Below, piece by piece: positions 56,171 through 64,000 of a stretch of DNA of 64,000 nucleotides. The translations under genes and the position numbers were made by a program. Where the stretch lies: NCBI RefSeq assembly GCF_009914755.1, contig NC_060931.1, one strand, 5' to 3'. Position 1 is the stretch's first letter. Each line of letters begins with the position of its first letter. The notes beneath the pieces were generated by a model. It was given only the letters and a program-made list of their open reading frames with translations, made no database searches and was not told the DNA's origin. The DNA is from the human T2T-CHM13v2.0 reference genome, Homo sapiens.

Positions 56171-56486
56171 GGCCAGGTGCAGTGACTCATGCCTGTAATC
56201 ACAGCACTTTGGGAGGCTGAGGTGGGATGATCATTTGAGGTCAGGAGTTCGAGACCAGCCTGACCAACATGGTGAAATCCCATCTCTACTAAAAATAAGT
56301 ACATAAATAAAAAATTAGCCAGGCCTGGTGGCACATGCCTGTAATCTTAGCTACTTGGAGGCTGAGGCAGGAGAATTGCTTTAACCCGGGAGGCAGAATT
56401 TGCAGTGAGCAAGATCGTGCCACTGCTCTCCAGCCTGGACAACAGAATTAGACTCCGTCTCAAAACAAACAAACAAACAAACAAAA
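56171..56486 (+). mobile_element. Alu (AluS) with (CAAA)n tail
   Basis: Full dimer with expanded linker; no clean TSD. Confidence 0.95.
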
Positions 56487-56498
56487 CCAGAAGATAAA

Positions 56499-56859
56499 TG
56501 AAGCATGGTCATGGAAATTCCAAAGAATACCTCACTGGTTGTGTCATGTACAAGAAAATTTTGAATTATTTCCACAATTAAGACACTGGCTCCTTATCAA
56601 GTGTGTTAACCATGTATTAGTCGCTTAGTTGTTTGGAGAAGGCAACAAACTTATTTCAAAGATACTAAAGGAAATCTTGTGGCCACACTTACAGACAAGG
56701 GAAACAACTATTTAATTACAAGTACACAAAACAAGCCTTATATAAAATAAAATTCTGTAAGGGTTGTTAACAACCTGACATTGTTTAGTTTGAACAACAC
56801 TACAATCTTAATTTTGAGAGTCAAATGAGCTGTAGCATACCGTTCTGAAAATGTGTGAA
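56499..56859 (-). repeat. Inverted mosaic duplicate of 60264-60508
   Basis: Three reverse-complement blocks of 118, 73 and 18 bp. Confidence 0.95.
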
Positions 56860-57006
56860 CATGAAGAAAGATAAACAAGAATAACTGACTTCGTATTCTG
56901 GAGTAAGAATTAAATGCATTTTATAGTTTGTGATAAAATACTCCCAATAAGAAATCAGTGGATATGGGTAGGGACATATAACTGATAGATTGGAAATAGA
57001 AACGAG

Positions 57007-57536
57007 ACAAGATGGAGCAGGGCCCTCCTCTTCCCAAGCATGGAAATAAAGGAAAATCTTAAGTTCTTTCAAGGGAAATTCCAGGCACCTAGCTATCCTT
57101 AAGAAGTAAATGAGTAACTTGGTAAGCAAGAAGGTAATAGTAGCTTAAAAAAATAGCCAAGGGAATTAGAATCATGAGATGTTCTCTACAGAAGCTAAAG
57201 ATAACCTCTTAGTATATATCCCTGAGTTTTTTTTTTTTTTCCAGAAACCCACTAGCAGGCCAGGCACAGTGGCTCATCCCTATAATCCCAGCACTTTGGG
57301 AGGCTGAGGAGGGGAGAACACTTGAGGTCAGGCATTCGAGACCAGCCTGGCCAACATGGTGAAACCCCATCTCTACTAAAAATACAAAAATTAGCCGGGC
57401 AGGCACCTGCAATCCCAGCTACTCAGGAGGCTGAGGCAGGAAAATTACTTGAACTTGGGGGGCGGAGGTTGCAATGAGCCTAGAGATCATGCCACTGCAC
57501 TCCAGCCTGGGCAACAGAGAGAGAGAGACTCCATCT

Positions 57537-57569
<33 letters not shown>

Positions 57570-58227
57570 AAAAGGCAATGTGACATCAGATAAGTAAAAT
57601 CTTTTAAGTAGATATTTCCAAAAGCCTTTCACTGGAGCTTTTTGCTTTCAGCAAATGACACTGCACTCCAGCCCTGGTGACAAAGTGATAGTCTGTATTA
57701 AAAAAAAAAAAAAAATGAAGAAGCCTTTTTTTCTTGGCAGGTAGACCTCAGATAAGGGAGAGTTGAGGACTGAACTCTGACTCCAGTTCTTAGTTCTAAA
57801 GTTACTCCTGAAGGGCCTAGAAGTCATGCCCAGGAGCCAGACCTAACACATCTTTCTGCTGACCCCAAATTTTAAAACAAAGCTCTTCCCTAACCAATTG
57901 CATAATCAGAACATCTTTGAATCTGTTTAGGGCTTGTAAGCCCCTACTTCAAAATAGCTCACCTTTTTAGACCAAACCAACTTATAACCTCCTTGTATTA
58001 ATTTATGATTTTGCCTATAACTTCTGCTTTCCTGAATTTACCCCTGGCTTTAAAAAATATTTGCTTGCAAGCCATCAGGGAGGTCGGGTCTTAAGCATGA
58101 AGTACCTGATTCTTTTGTTGCTTGGCACCCTGCAAAGTAAACCCCTCCTTACTCCCACTGCAGACCTCGGTGTGGGTATTTGGCCTTATTGTGCCAGGCA
58201 CCTGGACCCCAGTTCAGTTGAATAACA
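57007..58227 (+). mobile_element. MER39B-like ERV1 LTR interrupted by composite Alu
   Basis: GCATGGAAATAAAGGAAAATCTT...GGAAATTCCAGGCACCTAGCTA; GTAGACCTCAGATAAGGG...GGACCCCAGTTCAGTTGAATAACA. Confidence 0.8.
57258..57715 (+). mobile_element. Composite Alu: full AluS + 90 bp captured flank + second Alu 3' end with polyA
   Basis: 57568-57657 is the reverse complement of 54639-54728; followed by CACTGCACTCCAGCC...polyA. Confidence 0.9.
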
Positions 58228-58264
58228 CGAGGAAGGGGGAATCATGCCCAGCAGTGGTAGATAA

Positions 58265-58871
58265 TGATATAGGAGTTAAGAAGAAATCACTTAGGCAGAT
58301 AGTAAAGGTATGGGAGTCCTCGGCAAGGCCTTTCTTTTTAATGAAAAGTAGCCCCAAATCATCTAACAAAGAGCAGCCTATAAAGTCGAGCTGCAGACAT
58401 AGACAAGCAAGCTGGGAGCTTGCAGGGGTGAATGCTGACAGGAACTAGGAACTAGACATGTTCAAGATGGCAGCACCATCTTCCCTTCTCTGCCAGCCAT
58501 GTGTACAGGAAAGAGCAGAAAAGACCGAACCGGCCAAGGAGCATTCATTTGCATAATAGACTTAGGGTGGGGCCCCAGCCTTCCCCAGGCACTATGTAAA
58601 CGTCATACCTGATTGAACCAATCTGTGAGCCCTGTGTAAATCAGACACCACCTCCAAAAACTGGACTATATAATCTGGTGCATTTGCCACTACCACCCAG
58701 TCCTTTCTACTCAGAGATCCCTTTCTCTATAGAGAGAGCTGTTTCTCTTTCTTTTCTCTTCTGCCTATTAAATCTCTGTTCCTAAACTACTCCTGTGTGT
58801 CTGTGTCCTAAATTTTTGTGACACACGATAATGAACCCTGGCGTATATACACCAGCAACATAGCCGCTTCA
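58265..58871 (+). mobile_element. PABL-type ERV1 solo LTR
   Basis: TGATATAGGAGTTAAGAAGAAATCACTTAGGCAGATAG...GCCGCTTCA; 4-bp TSD ATAA. Confidence 0.8.
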
Positions 58872-59255
58872 ATAATGAACACTGTTCTCTCCAGGGAAAA
58901 AGAAAGAAATGAGTATTCAGGTATGTCGGGTCTTAGATCTAGGAAGTAAGACTTTCTTTCACCAACTTGGAAAGCAAAGCTGTATAATATAGATAACCTG
59001 GTGCAGGGACCCAAGGATTCTTGTTGGTGAATGTGAATGGAGAGAAGGTAAGAGTCCGACAAACTCAGTGCCTGATGTGAGCCTAGAAACCTGTGCTTAC
59101 AAGCGGTGCTGATAAGGAGAAATCTTGATGAGAGAGCAGCAGTGGATGGTGGTGGGGGTGTCTGGCTGGAGTTAAGTAGAGCTAAGTGGCTATGAGTGCA
59201 CCTTTGTAAACAAAATAAAATATGTTGCTTCTTCTCATGATAAAAAGTTGCCAGC

Positions 59256-59782
59256 TGTAGAGGCCTTTGAACCAGAGCAACTCCATCTTTAATAGGGGCT
59301 GGGTAAAAGAAGGCCAAGACCTACTGAGCTGCATTCCCAGATGGCTAGGCATTCTAAGTCACAGGATGAGATAGGAGGTCGGCACAAAACACAGATTATA
59401 AAGACCTTGCTGATAAAACAGGTTGCAGTAAAGAAGCTGGCCAAAACCCACCAAAACCAAGATGGTGACAAAAGTGACCTCTGGTCATCCTCACTGCTAC
59501 ACTCCCACCAGCACCATAACAGTTTACAAACGCCACAGCAATGTAAGGAATTTACCCTATATGGTCTAAAAAGGGGATGCATAAAAAATCCACCCCTGGC
59601 TTAGCATATAATCAAGAAACAACCATAAAAATGGGCAACATGCAGCCCTCCTATGAAATAGCCATTCTTTTATTCCATTACTTTCTTAACAAACTTGCTT
59701 TCATTTTATGGATTCACCTCAAATTCTTTCTTGCATGAGAACCCTCTCTTGAGACGTGGATCTGGACCCCTTTCTGGTAACA
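59256..59782 (+). mobile_element. MER41A solo LTR
   Basis: GAACCAGAGCAACTCCATCTT...GGATCTGGACCCCTTTCTGGTAACA; lacks the MER41B tandem-GAS segment. Confidence 0.9.
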
Positions 59783-60263
59783 CAGGTACTCAGGGCCCCA
59801 CTTCTTTTCTCGGTTTCAGTGTGGATTTCCCACTTCCTAGCCTCAAGCTATGGAGCCAATACTGATTGCTCTCCTGGGCAGTAGAAACACGGGGGTTGTA
59901 GTTCCACCTGGCTTCAAACCCCCAGGTCCGCTGGATGTTTATCTAAATGCGGTCCTTACAAACAAGGTTCTTTTAAATGGAAATCTAGCAGAACCTTCTC
60001 CTTTAGGCTAAAACTGTTCCACCAGGCAGTCTCCTGATGCCAGGATCTGATGACTCACTCTCTGCTTCCCGGTTCCTGTGTCCATAAATTCCTTGAATTA
60101 GCTAAAGAATGCAGTCCAGGCAAATTCTAGTTTCTTACTCAGACACTTGACTGAATATCTCCTTTACTCTCATTTCTTCTTTCTGCTTCTTTTATCATTT
60201 CCCTAAATTTATATTTTCTACTCCTACACTTTATAAGTTGCTTTTCTCTCTGTAAATACAAAT

Positions 60264-60508
60264 TTCACACATTTTCAGAACCTACCAAGTATTATACATA
60301 GGCTTCTGGGGGTGCTACAGCCCATTCGACTCTCACAATTAAGACTGTGGTGCTGTTCAAACCAAACAATGTCAGGTTGTTAACATCACTTACATGGTTA
60401 ACACACTTGATTAGGAGTCAGTGTCTTAATTGTGGAAACAATTCAAAATTTTCTTGTATATGACACAACCAGTGAGGTATTCTTTGGAATTTCCATGACC
60501 ATGTTTCA
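60264..60508 (+). repeat. Partner of inverted duplication 56499-56859
   Basis: Blocks 60264-60281, 60313-60385, 60391-60508. Confidence 0.95.
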
Positions 60509-60509
60509 G

Positions 60510-60990
60510 GAAGTACAAACTTTGCTGCTAGCATATTGGTCCACAAATCGCTATGTAAACAACAGATGCAACCAATCATGATCAGCAACCTTCACATCAC
60601 CTCTTTAAAAGCCTGTCAGTGATTGGTCACTGCACATCTGTTACTCAGTTCACTCACAGAAAGCAAAACATGGAGTTGTGTTGCCTCCTGGTTTCCCAGC
60701 AGTAGAGAGATGCTGTAAGCAAAGTAGTTTAACTTTTAAAGCACTACTACTGTTACCCTCATTCTCCTGGTGACTTCTGAATGTGGAAAATTTGCTTTTT
60801 AGCACCAACAGAACTGCATTATCCAGCCAATGGGCCAAGGGAGTTGTTTTAACTTTTAAAGGCTCATTTCTTATATGAACTTGAAGACAGGCTATGGATA
60901 CTACAAGCTGGAAATCATGCAACTTCTTTAACTGAATTTTTGGAGAAATGTGGCATAAAGCATGCAATTGAAAACATTTAAGCATTATGG
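60510..60990 (+). mobile_element. TcMar-Tigger fragment with DDE transposase remnant
   Basis: GTGATTGGTCACTGCACATCTGTTACTCAG; ATCCAGCCAATGGGCCAAGGG..GTTGTTTTAACTTTTAAA ~ IQPMGQG.VVLTFK (family motif IQPMDQGVI). Confidence 0.6.
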
Positions 60991-60998
60991 CAGGAAGG

Positions 60999-61474
60999 TG
61001 TTAGAAACAAATGCTGGGTGCTGCAAGGAAGAACCAGCACTCAGACAAAAAGTTTTCTCAGCAAGGCAATTTACTTCTGCAGAAGGGTGCTGCCTGTGTC
61101 AGTCACGATCGCAAGAGCACACCAAACAAAGAAGAGAAGGAGTTTTTATCCCCAATGCAGTTCCTGTCCCTGTGGCCTTCTTTTATTGGCTAGGGTTGGA
61201 CTGCACAATCTAAACTGATCCCAATTGGCTAAGACTTAAATTTTTCTAAATAGGGTAAACATGTGCTTTGTAAGAGGAGGAAAGGGTAGGAGTGGTCCGT
61301 CTGGTAGAGTACAAGGCATGTCTGGATATGTCTGGGCATGTCAGGGCACAACTAGAGCAGGAGGCTAGTTGTTTGCAGGCTGGAAACGAGAGTGCAAGGA
61401 GGTTGGGCTTTTGAACAAAGAACAAGAACGTTATACAATTAAACATTTTGAAGAGGAATTTATCATACCTAACA
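60999..61474 (-). mobile_element. 3' LTR of class I ERV (MER61-like)
   Basis: TGTTAG...CTAACA termini; adjacent PPT (reverse complement AAAAGCAAAGGGGGAAAT); CAGCAAGGCAATTTACTTCTGCAGAAGGGTGC. Confidence 0.8.
61314..61353. promoter_or_regulatory. Tandem p53-type half-site array
   Basis: AGGCATGTCT GGATATGTCT GGGCATGTCA GGGCACAACT versus RRRCWWGYYY. Confidence 0.55.
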
Positions 61475-61499
61475 ATTTCCCCCTTTGCTTTTTGACAAT

Positions 61500-63262
61500 T
61501 CTTCCTCTTTAAAATTTTTTAGTATGATTTGGCTTTGTTGCTCTTCTTGATCATTTAGGAACAAGAGCTTATCTGAGAATGGAGGAGGAGGGATAGGGGA
61601 GGGTTTTGTGAGAGCTGTTTCTATAAGTCTTGACATTAACCCATGGATACAGGGTATGATGCAGCATCCTACAAAAATGAGTAAACTTATGACAATTGCA
61701 AGAGGTTAATATTGTGGACATAAGCCCTTTCCATTTACCGAACCATCTTTCCGTGAGACTCATGAAGGGGTCAGTTATTCCAAAATTTTTGGCTAACTCA
61801 GTTGATAAGGAGGTAAGCCCGTGTAAGGCCTTTATAATTGTTCCATTGGGGGCTGTGTTGTTAGGGATAAAAGTACAGCATTGGACTCCAATCATGACAC
61901 AGACTTCACCTTCTTCTGCTAACATCATGTCAAGGACTATCCTATTTTCCCAGACAATTTGGCTGGTGGGGCCTAATTGTTCAGCTATTCCATTGATTGC
62001 ATCTCTTGTGTAATTGACAAACTGCTGTTGATAATAACAGATGTAATTTATCCAATTTACACTTTTGTTTATAGTTGATCACCAGAACAGTGCAGATTCA
62101 AATCCTGCAGCTATTTGATTTTGAGCTTTAAATTCTTCTGGTACCACTCATGGGACCCCAATAGCATCTATATAAATGTGAGGGTCAAAAGACCCATGAG
62201 GAGCACTTCTTTTTGTCTGATTCTCCTTCTTTTTATGTTGACGGAATGCCAGGGTGAAAGGGGTGGCCAATAGGACCAGAGCACAAGTGCCACTCCAGTT
62301 ACTTGGCAGAGTACCCAATAGTAGTACACCGCAATACCATCATACATCTACTCGGGAATAAACAAGGGCAGTCTGACTGGTAAACTCTTGGAAAGTCTTG
62401 GTTTCACTGTACTTTTTCAGGTCTCCAAGGGACGTTAATCTTTCCCCATGCCATGAGAGACACGAGGTAAAATTAACATCAGACACTGGAGGCCGGATGG
62501 CCATCAGTGACTGACCCACAGAGCCCTTCACTTCAGGGAATAGCAGTGAGAGAGTCTTGCATGCCTCATTGCCCCAGGCTGTGGGGTTTTGAAAGAGACT
62601 CACCATGCAGCTCATGCCCAGTTGGTCAGAAGACCATCCAAGTGGGAAGGGGACTATTTGGGCCTCTGGTCTGCCTGCCGTGGAAGTGTAACAGTAGCTT
62701 TTGTTTAACGTGCGAACAGAATATTTAATCCATTCCAGCCAGGCATTTGCATCTTGGAATCTCATTTCAATGGCTAAAGTTTGTTTTAAATCTTTAACGT
62801 CTACAATGTCTACTGTAGTTTCATCACAGGGTATGGAAAGAACAACTATTTGATTGGGAGGTTTAGAAGGAGGAGAAAGGGAAGGGGGTGGGGAGCAATG
62901 AAGTAGATCTCAAAGGATCCTATAGGGTCTATTCCAGGAATATCAGCTACTAGGCCATAGAAGTGACCTAAAGTGGAGTTAGTGTTGGTAAAGGTGGGGA
63001 CAGTGGTAGAGATTTGCACACGGTTACATTGTTGGAGTTGACAATTAGAGGGAGTAGTCTTTTTGGTAAAGTGGATGTAAGGTTTTAGGTTAGTGCAACC
63101 TCCTCCTGGGGAGGTCAAGCCTTGATACTTGGTGGTCCAGACCACATCTCCCCAACCAAAACAGAACTTCCACTGACTGCCTCATGCTCATTTGGTGTAA
63201 GAGTCACTCTTACAGGCAGTTTTATTTATCCAGGAAGGGCAAAGATACTTTTCTGAAAAAGC
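61500..63262 (-). pseudogene. env: ERV env remnant (SU/TM) with stops and frameshifts
   Basis: WLEWIKYSVRTLNKSYCY; furin-like RQKR; ISD-like WENRIVLDMMLAEEGEVC; CX6CC (CVMIGVQCC); in-frame TGA codons in TM. Confidence 0.9.
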
Positions 63263-64000
63263 CATTTCAGTTGTCAGGAGCACTAGATAAGGTCCTTCCC
63301 AAGTGGGCTTGAGCTTTCCCTCTTTCCAGCTCTTGACAAGGGCTTGGTCTCCAGGTTAGTGTAAGGATTGGGGACAACAGGGTAAGTAGTTTGAACTATT
63401 TGATTAATAGCCCTGAGATCCTGTACTAGCAGGTATGACCCGTCTGGCTTCTTTACAGGCAATATTGCAGTGTTATAAGGGGATATACAGGGCTCAAGGA
63501 GTCCATTGTGGATAAGACTTTCAGCTATAGGTTTTAAACCTATTCTTGTTTTAGAGGAATAGGGTATTGCTTTCTTTTTACTATTTCCCCAGGGGTTTTT
63601 AATTTGACCTTAACTGGAGGAACTTTTAATTTTCCCCAATTTCCTTCTCTTGACCAGATATCAGGATGGATATACTCTTCATCTATGGTGGTGAGTCAGT
63701 TTAGGGAGGTAAGAAATTTTCCCTGGTTAGCATAGAGTCCTAAGCCTAATTTTAGCATTAAATCCCTCTCTAATAAGTTTGTTTCTGTCTCTGGAATTAA
63801 CAGGAATTTAATATTAGTGGAGTGATTCTGATATTTGACCTTTGTTTCTTCTAATATTTTTGCTGTAAATCCTTCTCCTTTTACTCCTGAGATTAGAAGT
63901 TCTTCTTCTGAACAAGTTGCACCAGATGGGGAATAAGAGACAGAGGAGCAAGTCGCCCCTGAGTCGATTAAAAAGGTAATAAATTCAGATGTAAGTCCCA
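63263..64000 (-). pseudogene. pol: ERV pro-pol remnant: protease, RT N-terminus fused to integrase C-terminus
   Basis: FLIDSGAT at ~63950-63975; SPYNTAILPVKKPDGSYLLVQDLRAINQ...PNPYT; then PGDQALVKSWKEGKLKPTWEGPYLVLLTT. Confidence 0.9.

Noticed and set aside
58808-59317. 169-aa ORF, longest in the track
   Set aside because: Begins in antisense MER41A and ends in PABL; no recognisable domain or coding-like composition
59256-59782. MER41 as an interferon-gamma/STAT1 enhancer
   Set aside because: AAAGGGGATGCATAAAAAATCCACCCC shows the MER41A form lacking the tandem GAS (TTCNNNGAA) segment
61569-63145. env ORFs as a domesticated (syncytin-like) gene
   Set aside because: Split into several ORFs; in-frame TGA codons in TM and frameshifts; leader deleted

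Overview
Primate (very probably human) AT-rich, CpG-poor intergenic or deep-intronic DNA, mostly made of interspersed repeats: about 15 Alus, L1/HAL1/L2/CR1/MIR fragments, hAT and Tigger DNA transposons, many MaLR/ERVL/ERV1/ERVK solo LTRs, and the 3' part of a defective minus-strand class I provirus (MER61-like LTR, env, deleted pol, protease) running off the right end. No intact protein-coding gene, RNA gene or CRISPR array is supported; nearly all ORF-track entries derive from Alus, simple repeats or decayed elements. The most notable structure not explained by repeat annotation is three old, short-range (3-4 kb) copy events: (i) a ~315-bp direct copy pasted into a Tigger3b with an 8-bp duplication and microhomology at both ends; (ii) an Alu that captured the right-arm end, tail and 90 bp of unique flank of an inverted neighbouring Alu and then resumes its own tail; (iii) a three-block mosaic inverted duplication (56.5 kb vs 60.3-60.5 kb). 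Also noted: an orphan 3'UTR-like insert in an MLT2 LTR, a p53 half-site array in the MER61 LTR, and speculative + strand exons. Repeat subfamily names come from recalled consensus sequences and need RepeatMasker/Dfam confirmation; boundaries of old elements are approximate.
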